DNA of 20,515 nt from an uncultured bacterium (GCA_963729625.1 CAVSOU010000003.1:1-20515), one strand, 5' to 3'. Positions 8,757 to 17,951 are shown, counted from the stretch's first letter. Notes: a model not told the origin generated them from the letters alone. Numbers and translations are program-made.

Positions 8757-9341
8757 TTATTCCGGCGGCGCCAGCGGCACGTCAGTGCGACGGTACAGAG
8801 TCGCCACGGCAAGGCGCACGCCGAGACTCTCTAACTCCAGCTCGTGTTCCGGGCCGTAGAAACGGAATAGGCCCCAGCCGCTGGCCGTACGGCGGTATAC
8901 CTCGACGCGCTGATATCTCGTGCCTACGAGAACATACTCCTGCAGCGACGGGCACGTTCGATAGTCATCCCACTTACGACCGCGGTCCTTGTACTCCGTG
9001 CTGTCTGAGAGAACCTCGAAGACCACGCCGGGCTCAACGACTTCCATGTCGTGCCTGGTAGCCTGATCGCGTGCCGAACAAGTCACTACAACGTCGGCAT
9101 AGGTGTAGCGGCTTTCCGAGACACGCGTGGCGAGATCGGAACCATAGGCAATGCATGGTCCGTCGCCGAAGGCAGCGTTTAGCGTGCCGATGACATTGGC
9201 GGCTATGAGCGAGTGCGCCCGCGATCCTCCGGCCATGGCATAGATGCAGCCGTCGACGTACTCATGCTTCACGTCGCTTGCGCGCTCCAAGTCGCGCCAC
9301 TCCTGGACTGATATCCGCTTTGGTTTGTGGCTGGCAATCAT
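8757..9341 (-). CDS. Uma2 / DUF820 family PD-(D/E)xK-type putative endonuclease
   Basis: KHEYVDGCIYAMAGGSRAHSLIA, YTYADVVVTC, VVFEVLSDSTEYKDRGRKW, PSLQEYVLV. ATG at 9341 with GAGGAGG at 9349-9355 and a TACGAT -10-like box at 9363-9368. Confidence 0.93.
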   Translation of the reverse strand: MIASHKPKRISVQEWRDLERASDVKHEYVDGCIYAMAGGSRAHSLIAANVIGTLNAAFGDGPCIAYGSDLATRVSESRYTYADVVVTCSARDQATRHDMEVVEPGVVFEVLSDSTEYKDRGRKWDDYRTCPSLQEYVLVGTRYQRVEVYRRTASGWGLFRFYGPEHELELESLGVRLAVATLYRRTDVPLAPPE

Positions 9342-9451
9342 GGCGCGGCCTCCTCGTCCTCTATCGTACCGCGTTGCGGACATGCATCATGTGTCGGCGA
9401 GCATAGAGCTCTCGTCGTCAACGAAGCCGGTCGGCATAAGGAGCTCGTAGC

Positions 9452-9643
9452 ATGATCGAGCTGATGGGCAACATTGTGTTTACCAACGGCGCTCTGGCGG
9501 AGCCGGACGGCACACTCAAGCTCTACTATGGAGGCGCCGACACCTGCATGAATGTCGCCACCGCGAGGATCGACGATCTGATCGATCTGGCTCTGGACGA
9601 CGGCCCGGATGCCACAGTAAGGTACACGGGAGCAGTTGAGTAG
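9452..9643 (+). pseudogene. C-terminal fragment of a GH130 (mannoside phosphorylase/glycosidase) protein
   Basis: GNIVFTNGALAEPDGTLKLYYGGADTCMNVA matches the GH130 C-terminal NVVF..G....DG.L.IYYGAADT signature. Only 63 aa, against about 300 aa or more for the family. Confidence 0.75.
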
Positions 9644-9701
9644 TTACCCGGCGCTCGACCGGGCATGACGTTCGCATGCGATTATATCGGCGGAGAAGCG
9701 T

Positions 9702-10797
9702 ATGAATCACCTGCGGGTCGGCATCATCGGCACGGGCCGGAAGAAAGCACGACCGGACATCGAGGGCTACTTCATGGCCTATGCGCACGGGCGCGGCTAC
9801 CAGGCGCTGGCTGACCGCTGCGAACTGGTTGCCTGTGCAGACATCGTGCCCGAGCACGCCCAGGCATTCGCGGCGGCCTTTGGCATCAAAGCGGATGGCG
9901 TGTACACCGATCACCGCGCTATGCTGCGTCAGGCCAAGCTGGACATGGTGAGCATCTGCACGTGGCCGCATCTGCATGCAGCGATGGCCGTGGACTGTGC
10001 GCTGGCAGGCGCGCGGGCGGTGCACTGCGAGAAGCCGATGGCGACGACCTGGGGCGCGGCGCGACTGATGGCACAGGAGTGCGCGCGCCGCGACGCGCAG
10101 CTGACCTTCAACCATATGCGGCGCTTCGGCAAGCCGTTCACCATGGCACGCGACCTGCTCGGCGGCGGCGCGATCGGCGATCTGGAGCGTATCGAGCTGG
10201 GATTTCCAGGCGACGTGTACGACATTGGCTCGCACTGGATCGACCTGTGCGGCATGTTTGTGGGCGAGCAGCCGGCGGAATGGGTGATCGGGCAGGTCGA
10301 CTACCGGTTCGAGCGGCGCGTCTTCGGCGTGCCCTCCGAGGGCCAGGTGCTGGCGCACTGGCAGTACCCGAGCGGCATTACAGCCACGCTGCTGTCCGGC
10401 TTTGGTCACGACACGACGCGGTTCTGGCACCGGTTGGTGGGGACGGCCGGCACCGTCGAGATCGGCGTGCCCGACGAGCACAGCCTGCGGATCCGGCGTG
10501 ACGGCGATGCCTGGGAGACGCTCGATACACAGGGCGAGACGGTGCACGGCACGAGCGATGCCAACGGCACCGGCTATCATGAGCGGGCGGTTGCCGATGC
10601 AGTCGGCGCGCTGCTCGCGGGCCGCGAGCCCGAGCTGAGCGCGCGCGCGCGCGCTCAATGCTACCGAAATCGTTTTTGCGATTTACGAGAGCAGCCGACG
10701 GCGCGGCCGCGTGGATCTGCCGCTGACCATCGAGGACCACCCGCTGGTAAGCATGGTCGAGAACGGCGATCTCAGCCCGGTGACGAACAGCGCGTGA
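9702..10797 (+). CDS. Gfo/Idh/MocA family NAD(P)-dependent oxidoreductase, frameshifted near the C-terminus
   Basis: LRVGIIGTG, LVACADI, LDMVSICTWPHLH, CEKPMA, DIGSHWID. After the (GC)8 run, the family-like tail ALNATEIVFAIYESSRRRGRVDLPLTIEDHPL...* lies in the +1 frame (TGA at 10795-10797). Confidence 0.88.
10639..10654. repeat. (GC)8 dinucleotide run at the oxidoreductase frameshift
   Basis: gcgcgcgcgcgcgcgc read directly from the sequence. Confidence 0.9.
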
Positions 10798-10821
10798 GCG
10801 CGCGCCGCGAGACACAAAGAA

Positions 10822-11320
10822 TTGAAGGGAACGTCAGCGCAGATGTTTGGCCAATGGAGGCTCAGCGACTTCGCTCCCGGAGAGGGAACTCAGGCCGGCG
10901 CGCATTCTGAATCGTTTGACGATGCTGCCTGGATGCCCGTCGACGTACCCGGCGACGTGCAACCGCGCTGGTTGCCGCCGGGCGCCTGCCCGAGCACACA
11001 CTCACAAATCACTCCCTGGTAGCGGTGACGGTCGAGGCGGAGCAGTTCACCGGACACGACCTCCGTACGGCGCACGTACGACTGTGCGCCCCGGGAAATC
11101 CCTCCGCCTCGCCATCCGTGGTTGAACAGACTGTAGGGATGCACGGATTCGGCGCGGACTTGCGGGGCACAACGTACATTCGGGTGGAGAGCCCAAGGTT
11201 TTGGTGGACGCACGACCCTGGTGAACCCGCCCTCTAATCGCTGGAAGTCAGCTTGCGGCAACGCGGCAACGAGCTGGGTAAGGCGAACCAACCAATCGTC
11301 AGTCTGAAGACCAGTGAGGG
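10822..11320 (+). pseudogene. Remnant of a GH2 beta-mannosidase-like gene
   Basis: N-terminal GQWRLSDF...DDAAWMPVDVPGDV, then after a large internal deletion IRVESPRFWWTHDPGEPAL*SLEVSL. The family pattern is P.LWW..D.GEP.LY.L.V.L, with the Tyr codon replaced by TAA at 11235-11237. No catalytic barrel is present. Confidence 0.7.
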
Positions 11321-11336
11321 TGATAAGGCAATCGAT

Positions 11337-12272
11337 CTACCCCTTTTCCGCTCCGCTTAGGGTGCCTGCAATGACGAAGCGTTGCGCGAACACGAAGATG
11401 AGAGCGACGGGCAGCACCACGAAGAGCCCGGCGAGAGCAATCTCCGGCCGGTAGATGTTCAGCCCGGTTCCGGAGCCGACGGCAGGATTGAGAGCCGGGG
11501 TCGATTGGATCAACGACATCAACCCCACGGTCAACGGGTACTTGGTGTCGTCGGCCAGCATCACGTACGGCAGGTAGAAGTTCTGCCAGTTGAACGTGAA
11601 GGAGAAGAACGCCACCATCGAGACTATGGGCTTGGCCAGGGGCAGGGCGATCGACCAGAAGAGCCGCGCCTCGGAGCAGCCGTCGATGCGGCCTGAGGCC
11701 AGCAGCTCGGACGGCAGCTGCGTGGAGAAGTAGATGTAGGCGAGATAGACGCCGAAGGGATAGAAGGCCGACGGCAGGATCACGGACCACGCCGTGTTTT
11801 GCAGGTGGGCCGCGTTGATCTCCAGGAACACGGGCAGCACCAACGCCGCGGCCGGCATGATCATGGCGACCAAGGTAAGAAGGAGGAGCGTTGACCGGCC
11901 CCGGAACTTCACCGTACCGAGGGCGTAGCCCGCAGTCAGGCAGAGCGCCACCACCAATACCAGCGCACTGGCCGAGTAGACGAACGAGTTCTTCAGCCAG
12001 GTCAGCAACTCCCGGTCGTTGTAGCCCATCAGGTTCGACCAGGCCGTGCCGATATTGCTGAAGGAACCAAAGGAGATCGGGATCCAGTTGACAACCTGCG
12101 CGTCGGTCTTGGTGGGGGCCAGCAGCAACCAGAGCAACGGCAGCCCAAACATCACGGCAAAGGCCAGCAGAATCACAGCCCAGATCCCAGTCACCAGGAC
12201 CGACACTGGTGCCACACGGCGGCGCCGCCTCATCACGGCAGGCACAGACACGATCGGCGTACGGTGCAGCAT
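11337..12272 (-). CDS. Carbohydrate ABC transporter permease (MalG-like, CUT1)
   Basis: LKNSFVYS, AGYALG, EAA-like loop LPSELLASGRIDGCSEARLFWSIALPLAKP, WQNFYLP. Multiple TM segments; AAGGGAG RBS. Confidence 0.95.
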   Translation of the reverse strand: MLHRTPIVSVPAVMRRRRRVAPVSVLVTGIWAVILLAFAVMFGLPLLWLLLAPTKTDAQVVNWIPISFGSFSNIGTAWSNLMGYNDRELLTWLKNSFVYSASALVLVVALCLTAGYALGTVKFRGRSTLLLLTLVAMIMPAAALVLPVFLEINAAHLQNTAWSVILPSAFYPFGVYLAYIYFSTQLPSELLASGRIDGCSEARLFWSIALPLAKPIVSMVAFFSFTFNWQNFYLPYVMLADDTKYPLTVGLMSLIQSTPALNPAVGSGTGLNIYRPEIALAGLFVVLPVALIFVFAQRFVIAGTLSGAEKG

Positions 12273-12276
12273 CGGT

Positions 12277-13209
12277 TCAGCTCCCTTCGGCGTCGATGCG
12301 ATAGAAGCTGGTCTTGAAGATCACCAGTAGCGCGGCAACCAGGCCGACCACGAGCAGACCGACGGAGACTGCTGCCGACTTGCCGAAGTTGTCGTCGTTG
12401 AAGGCGTACGAGTACGCGAGCTGGTTGAGCGACCAGACCGGGCTGACCTGCTGCTGCGTGGCGCCCCACAGAATCTGCGGCTCGGCGAAGAGCTGGGTGC
12501 CGCCGGCAAAACTCAGGATGAAGATGAAGACGATGTAGCGGGCGAGATTAGGGAGCTTGATGAACAGGGCGACCTGGATCCGGTTGCACCCGTCGACCGT
12601 GGCGGCCTCGAGCATCTCGGTCGAGATACTATTGAGCCCGCCGTACATGATCACGACCCATCCGCCCACGGCAGCCATGAGCACCATGACCGCTATGGCC
12701 TGCGGCAGGTAGTTCGTCAGCACCGCGTCGCGCGTGGAGAGACCCAGCCCTCTGAGCAGCCAGGAGAACGGGCTTACGTCCGGAGAGAGCATGAACAGCC
12801 AGACAAGCGCGGCCGCGGCGCCCGTGACCGCCCCCGGCAGGTAGTAGATCATGCGCATCGCGGCGGAGTAACGGCCCGGGTGCGCGTGTAGCATCAAGGC
12901 CAGAAACAGCACCAGCACGATGAGCGTAGGCAAGCAGTACGCCATGTACGTCAGCACGTCCATGGCAGCGTCGCCCAGCCGGAAGTCGTTCCAAATGGCA
13001 GAGTAGTTGGCGCCGCCGGTGATCCTCACTCCGGGCGCGGTGGTATCAGTCACGCTGAGCCAGACGGCGTAGAGCGCAGGTCCCAGCCCGAAGGCGAGCA
13101 GGAACAACACGTACGGCGCGACGAAGGCATAGGCATGCCACGGCCAACGTCGGACAGGGGTCCGACGTGTTTGGCCCGCGTGCCTCTGGTCAAATCTCGT
13201 GATCCCCAT
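12277..13209 (-). CDS. Carbohydrate ABC transporter permease (MalF-like, CUT1)
   Basis: YAFVAPY, GGANY, YYLPG, EAA loop EMLEAATVDGCNRIQVALFIKLP, FGKSAAVS. GAGGGAG RBS. Confidence 0.95.
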   Translation of the reverse strand: MGITRFDQRHAGQTRRTPVRRWPWHAYAFVAPYVLFLLAFGLGPALYAVWLSVTDTTAPGVRITGGANYSAIWNDFRLGDAAMDVLTYMAYCLPTLIVLVLFLALMLHAHPGRYSAAMRMIYYLPGAVTGAAAALVWLFMLSPDVSPFSWLLRGLGLSTRDAVLTNYLPQAIAVMVLMAAVGGWVVIMYGGLNSISTEMLEAATVDGCNRIQVALFIKLPNLARYIVFIFILSFAGGTQLFAEPQILWGATQQQVSPVWSLNQLAYSYAFNDDNFGKSAAVSVGLLVVGLVAALLVIFKTSFYRIDAEGS

Positions 13210-13248
13210 GCGCTCCCTCGCGATCCACGTGCGGCGCCTACATGTTCA

Positions 13249-13288
13249 CGGCGGCACGCCAAGAGCGGATGGCCCTGGCGTGCCGCCG
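13249..13288 (-). other. 13-bp perfect stem-loop between the solute-binding protein and the first permease gene (mRNA stabiliser or partial terminator)
   Basis: CGGCGGCACGCCA (13249-13261) / TGGCGTGCCGCCG (13276-13288). Such elements commonly set the binding protein:permease ratio in ABC operons. Confidence 0.7.
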
Positions 13289-13300
13289 AACCATCGGTGC

Positions 13301-14614
13301 TTACTGGACGACGGTGTAGCCGTCGATCTTCGCTAGCTGCGTAAGCTTGCTCTGCAGCGCGGGGAACGTGGACTCGATGGTCTTGCCGGATTTAATCGGC
13401 GGGATCACAGTGTTGTCGAACGTCGTCTCGGTGTCGTACCGCACGTAGCCCCAGGTGGGCCCGATCTGACTGGCGGCAGCCGTCAACACGGGAACTGGGT
13501 TGGAGGCAAAGAACGGATCCTTGGCCACCGCGGCCAGCCAGAGCGGCTCGTCTGGCACGTAGGCCGGCAGGCCCGGGTCGATGGTGCTGTTGCCCTGGTA
13601 TGCAGTGCTAGTAGACATCCAGACGGCCACGTCGACGGCAGCCGCCATATTCTGGGAGTGGGACGACACGAAGTAGGCGCCACCGCCCTCGGCACCGGTG
13701 ACCGCCACTTTGTCCGCGGCCCACTTGAGCGGCGCCGCGGCGGCCAACTCGCCCTTAGGCGTGTTGTAGTTGGCCTTGGAATTGAACATGCCCTCGCCGA
13801 ACCAGGCGGCGCCCACGAACATCAGGATCTTGTCCGCCGCGCCAAGCTTGACGAACGCCGGATCAAACGGCTGCAGCTTCGACATGCTGCCGTCGGCGAC
13901 CAGCGGATCGATCAGTTGGGCCATTTTCGTACAGGCCGGCAGCGAGGTGTTGATACGCACGGTATCCAGGGCGGTAATCTGGTTGAGCGGGCAACCGGCA
14001 GGCCACAGATAGGCCCACATGCCGAACTTGTCGCCAAAGGAGCCAATAATGTAGCCCGGGTGTTCCTTGGCCACCTTCTGGCCGATCGCCTGGTACTGCT
14101 CCCAGGTCGTGGGCACCGCATAGCCGAACTGCTTCATCAGCTTGGCGTTATACCAGAGGACATTGGGTGCAATGTCGTTGCGCAGGCAGTAGAGCTTACC
14201 GCCGAAGACGCACTGGTTCAGCGGCGTTTGCGCGAAGTTCTTGAGCGTGGTCTTGGGGATCAGATTGGTGAGATCCGCGGTGAAGTGCAGCTGCGTGGTG
14301 CTCAAGTTGGCGACTTCCTGCGGATTCTGGTCGAAGACGACGTCAGGCCAGCCGCTGCCGGCGCGGTTCCACAGCGCCACGTTGGTCATAAGGTTATTGC
14401 CGATATAGCTATGGATGACGACGTTCACGTTCGGGTGGGTCTTTTGATAGAGCTGGAAGCCGGGCAGGCGGACGGCATCCGTCCAGACTGTCACGGTCGG
14501 CTTGTCGTTGGACCGGGTGGCATGCATGGGCTGTGGCGTCACATTGGCGCCCAACAGGATCAGTGCCGCGGCAATCGTGGCTCGGCCAGCCAGCCGCCGG
14601 AAACTACCCATCAT
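13301..14614 (-). CDS. Carbohydrate ABC transporter extracellular solute-binding protein (family 1)
   Basis: Signal peptide; TVTVW, WPDVVF, GKLYCLRND, VLWYNAKLMKQFGYAVPTTWEQY, GGGAYFV. Lies upstream of the two permeases. Confidence 0.95.
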   Translation of the reverse strand: MMGSFRRLAGRATIAAALILLGANVTPQPMHATRSNDKPTVTVWTDAVRLPGFQLYQKTHPNVNVVIHSYIGNNLMTNVALWNRAGSGWPDVVFDQNPQEVANLSTTQLHFTADLTNLIPKTTLKNFAQTPLNQCVFGGKLYCLRNDIAPNVLWYNAKLMKQFGYAVPTTWEQYQAIGQKVAKEHPGYIIGSFGDKFGMWAYLWPAGCPLNQITALDTVRINTSLPACTKMAQLIDPLVADGSMSKLQPFDPAFVKLGAADKILMFVGAAWFGEGMFNSKANYNTPKGELAAAAPLKWAADKVAVTGAEGGGAYFVSSHSQNMAAAVDVAVWMSTSTAYQGNSTIDPGLPAYVPDEPLWLAAVAKDPFFASNPVPVLTAAASQIGPTWGYVRYDTETTFDNTVIPPIKSGKTIESTFPALQSKLTQLAKIDGYTVVQ

Positions 14615-14771
14615 CGGTACCTTTCATCCTACGTCGAGCAAATCTGCGATCCGTGTGTAGCGTGCGGGCGAAACTATTACCAGTAGCGATGGACGAACTC
14701 GTGGACTTGGGCCTGGCCGGCCACCTCCCTTCCGGCCGCGAACTGCGCATCGCTTTGATCCCGATCGTGCG

Positions 14772-15824
14772 TCATCGATGCGCCATGGCCGCGCCGCAGG
14801 ATGCGCGCACCACCAGCTTGGTGGGCACGAGCTGAAGGATGGGCGCCAGGTCGGGGTTGTGAATGCGCTCGATCAGTCTGCGCACCGCCAGCGCGCCAAG
14901 CAGCTCTTTCGGGACGCCGATGGTTGTGAGGGCGGGGTCGAGATCGCGGGCGAACGGATCGTCGTTGAAGCCCGCGATAGCCAGATCGTCTGGCAGTCTG
15001 AGGCCCAGCGCCTTTGCCGCCCGGATCACGGCGATGGCCACCTGATCGCAGCCGCAGGCGACGGCGTCGAGGTCACGACCATGCTCGTGCAGCAGATCCA
15101 GGGCCACCGGATAGGCCTCGTCGAGCGTCCACGGGGTAGGCGGGCGCTTTTCGGCGGGTACCTCGATGCCGTGAAAGGCCAGGCGTTGAAAGTACGCATC
15201 AGCCCGTTGATTGCTCTCCGGGGTTGGTCCCAGGTACGCGAAGCGGCGACGGCCGAGGTTGATAAGGTGATCGACGAGGTCGTACGTGGCACGGCGCTCT
15301 TCCATGCCGATGTAGTCGTAGCGGAGGTCGCCGTTAGCCCAGACCGTTGAGCCTGAATCTATGGCCACTATCCTGCCGGCGCAGATGTCGTTCTCGAACG
15401 GCTGCGGGCGGCCGGCGAAGATGAGCCCGTCGACATACTTGCTGCTCACCAGTCGCCGCTTGTGATCGTGCCGCAGGTCTCCGGGTATGAAGGAAAAGAG
15501 CAGGTGGTAACGATGCTGAATCAGTTCCTGTTCGATCCCCGCAAGAACCCGGATCCAGAACGGCGAGGCGTAGAGGTCGTGAGCGTCGTCGAGGATCAGA
15601 CCCACGCACTGGTCCCGGTCCGGCTGCGGATCGCCGTCGCTTATCGCGCTGCGCGGCTCAGTCGTCACTTTGTAGCCGAGCAGCCGGACCGCGCCCCAGA
15701 TACGTTCGCGGGTGTCCTGCGCTACCTGATAGGCGACGCGGCCGTTAAGCGCCCGCGACGCCGTAGCGAGCGAAACGCCGGCCGATTCCGCGACATCGCG
15801 CAACGTCACTGCCATCTGTTTCAC
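14772..15824 (-). CDS. LacI/GalR family transcriptional regulator
   Basis: HTH VTLRDVAESAGVSLATASRALNG; VDGLI, HLINLGRRRFAYL, LPDDLAIAGFND, PALTTI, LVVRASC. The start may be ATG at 15815. Confidence 0.96.
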   Translation of the reverse strand: MKQMAVTLRDVAESAGVSLATASRALNGRVAYQVAQDTRERIWGAVRLLGYKVTTEPRSAISDGDPQPDRDQCVGLILDDAHDLYASPFWIRVLAGIEQELIQHRYHLLFSFIPGDLRHDHKRRLVSSKYVDGLIFAGRPQPFENDICAGRIVAIDSGSTVWANGDLRYDYIGMEERRATYDLVDHLINLGRRRFAYLGPTPESNQRADAYFQRLAFHGIEVPAEKRPPTPWTLDEAYPVALDLLHEHGRDLDAVACGCDQVAIAVIRAAKALGLRLPDDLAIAGFNDDPFARDLDPALTTIGVPKELLGALAVRRLIERIHNPDLAPILQLVPTKLVVRASCGAAMAHR

Positions 15825-15832
15825 AGTTCTTT

Positions 15833-15848
15833 CTGCAAGACTGCAAGA
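15833..15848. promoter_or_regulatory. Tandem direct repeat (CTGCAAGA)x2, candidate operator; third copy at 16011-16018
   Basis: Lies between the lacI promoter -10 box and the start codon. Contains a TGCAA LacI-type half-site. Confidence 0.5.
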
Positions 15849-15857
15849 GCCTAGCTG

Positions 15858-15886
15858 ATTCTACGCCGGATTTTCACTCGTGTCAA
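15858..15886 (-). promoter_or_regulatory. Near-consensus sigma70 promoter for the lacI-ABC cluster
   Basis: Minus strand TTGACA-N17-TAGAAT. Confidence 0.8.
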
Positions 15887-16398
15887 CAGGAGTTGCACAT
15901 CAGCGGCGTGCGGTTCGGTCAAACACCGCCCCGTGGCCATGGCCTCCTGGCAATGCTTATAATGACACGCATCTACAATCGAAGATCGGCGTACTGTTTT
16001 CATTTGTTTTCTGCAAGAAGTAAGCGATGGAGCGGAGCAACGTCAGGTGTTTCCCAACGTCGTGCTGAGCGTCGCGGCATAACGCCGCCCGTCAACTCGA
16101 CCATCCTGGAGACCTCGTGGGAGCAGGCAGACCGACTGGCAGGACGCACAGAGCCGGACCCCTCGCTGGCCTGGGTGTAACTGTCGACACTGGCGGAGAG
16201 AGCGTTCCCTGCACGGGTGCAACCTTGGTCACTCGGGCCATCCTGAACACGTACGCATAGCTGCGACGTGTGAAAGAACCCCGATTCCGGGCAACACGTC
16301 GAGGCTTCGAGGGTGTAGTACGAGCCCAATACCTTATGACGAGCGCGGCGTTCGATCAGGCCCGGGTACCTGCTCGCCCGCCTGGGAGCACGAAACAA

Positions 16399-16476
16399 TA
16401 TGTGGCCACTGGCCGCCAGATGGTGCTCCACGTGGGAACCGATGAAAGCCGATTCGCCGGTCACCAAGACCCGCAT
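16399..16476 (-). pseudogene. N-terminal stub of an NAD-dependent epimerase/dehydratase
   Basis: MRVLVTGESAFIGSHVEHHLAASGH is a degenerate MRVLVTGGAGFIGSH...L...GH Rossmann start, with a GGAAGG RBS. Similarity is lost after ~26 codons. Confidence 0.7.
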
Positions 16477-17495
16477 TTGCCTTCCTGCCCGTCGTTCCTA
16501 TGGTCCCCATCCAGCATGTCGCCAGTCCTGCGGCCAGGCGCTGGCACCTGCATGCCTTCCGTCATCTGCCCGAGCCCCAGAAGCTCGGGGTCGTGATCCG
16601 GTGACATGCAGTCCCGGTGACGCGCGCCATCGGATTCGGTCAGCTTGTACCAGGGCAATCGCTCGAGAGGAGCGTCGATCGCGACCTCGTTGGGACCCAC
16701 CAAGACGGAGCCATCGTCGCCCTCCCACATGCCGGCCGGGACCCTGATAGTACGTGTGACCGCTCCCTTCGTGAGCACCGGGGCTACAAGATAGCGGTCG
16801 CCAAGCATGTGCTGGTCGAGCACTGTTTCCATTCCGGCGTCAGGGAAGACGTAGGCCATGTGGCGAATAATCGGTTCTCCTGTCATGGCGGCATGCCGTG
16901 CCAAAGCGAGGATCGTGGGTCCCAGGCGGATTCTCAGCCTCACCATGATCATGCACAGCGCAAGGTGCTTCGCATCGAGCACGCGCACGGGAAGCAGCGA
17001 ATACTGGATGATGGGAAAGAACGTAGCCGCTTGCGCCCAGCGCACGAACAACTCCTGGTCGATCAGGCCCATCTCCGTCTCTTCGCCGCCGCCCACCATG
17101 TCCGGGCACGTATACGGATAGCCAACCAGACCCTGGGCCAACGCCGTCGGTACGACATCGGCAAGCCCGCCGCCGCCCCACTTGTGCCCTTCGTCACGCG
17201 CACGCTGGAGCAGATGCTGGCCGCCCAGCTTCCAGCACGCTCGATACTCTGCGATCGAGTACTTGAGCCCGACTCGCGCAAAGTCATCGCAATGTCCAAC
17301 GGGCGTGCGGGCGCAGTACGATCGATCGGTTGCCAAATAGCGGAAGGGATCGCCGCCGTCGAACTTGAAGCCGTCGATACCGTAGTCGTCGACCAGGCGA
17401 TCGAGCTCTCCTTGAAGCCAGGCCAAGGCCCCGGGATGCGGCGGGTGAGCAGCCTGACGGCGAAACGGTGCTTTTCCCCGGACTCCCCTGGGCAA
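16461..17495 (-). pseudogene. N-terminally truncated GH31 (MYORG/NET37-like) alpha-glycosidase
   Basis: YGIDGFKFDGGD (nucleophile), CPDMVGGG, DQELFVRWAQ, GEPIIRHM, MLGDRYLVAPVL, APLERLPWY. Family similarity begins at about 17445 and ends at about 16640, so the N-terminal part is absent or degenerate and the C-terminal ~60 aa look like read-through. Confidence 0.8.
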
Positions 17496-17777
17496 TCGAT
17501 ACCGATCGTCAGTGAGCTCAAATGGCTAAGAGCTCTTGGCGGGGTGCAGCCGGCACTGACTGCACATAGTCGATAGATCTGAGCGCTCCACCCCCAACCA
17601 TCCCCAGGCGCAGCATACCGGGCACCCTGACCAGCCACGGCGGAGATCTCGTTGTGCGCACAGGAGGCGCATCTGGTCGTTGTCGGCGATCACCACGGCC
17701 AGGGACGCTCTATGTCGGACACGTGCCGATCTCCGGCCTCTCCGCCAGCGCACCCCCAACTGCATGAAGCTAAGCGA

Positions 17778-17820
17778 GGCGTGGTCATGAGTGAGGAGGA
17801 ATGAGCGGGATGACCACGCC
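17778..17820. repeat. Perfect 11-bp inverted repeat enclosing GAGGAGG
   Basis: GGCGTGGTCAT (17778-17788) / ATGACCACGCC (17810-17820). Confidence 0.75.
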
Positions 17821-17921
17821 ACAGTGATCCGCTAACCTTGGGCTGCCGGGACCTGGATTGGCGCCGTCTGCGATTACCAGCGACATGCTTCACAGAGCAC
17901 ACGAGCAGAGCCAGCCGCATG

Positions 17922-17951
17922 TTGACATGAGGATTATGATCGAGGTGTAGT
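17922..17951 (+). promoter_or_regulatory. Probable sigma70 promoter upstream of the SGNH gene leader
   Basis: TTGACA-N18-TGTAGT. The -35 box sits within the small palindrome CATGT-TG-ACATG. Confidence 0.45.

Noticed and set aside
8757-9341. Uma2 gene as an anti-phage or mobile system
   Set aside because: Solitary. The family is often multicopy in such genomes, and no partner genes, terminal repeats or target duplications were seen.
10798-10910. C-terminal tail of the 402-aa ORF call
   Set aside because: Artefact of the frameshift at ~10650; the real end is at 10797.
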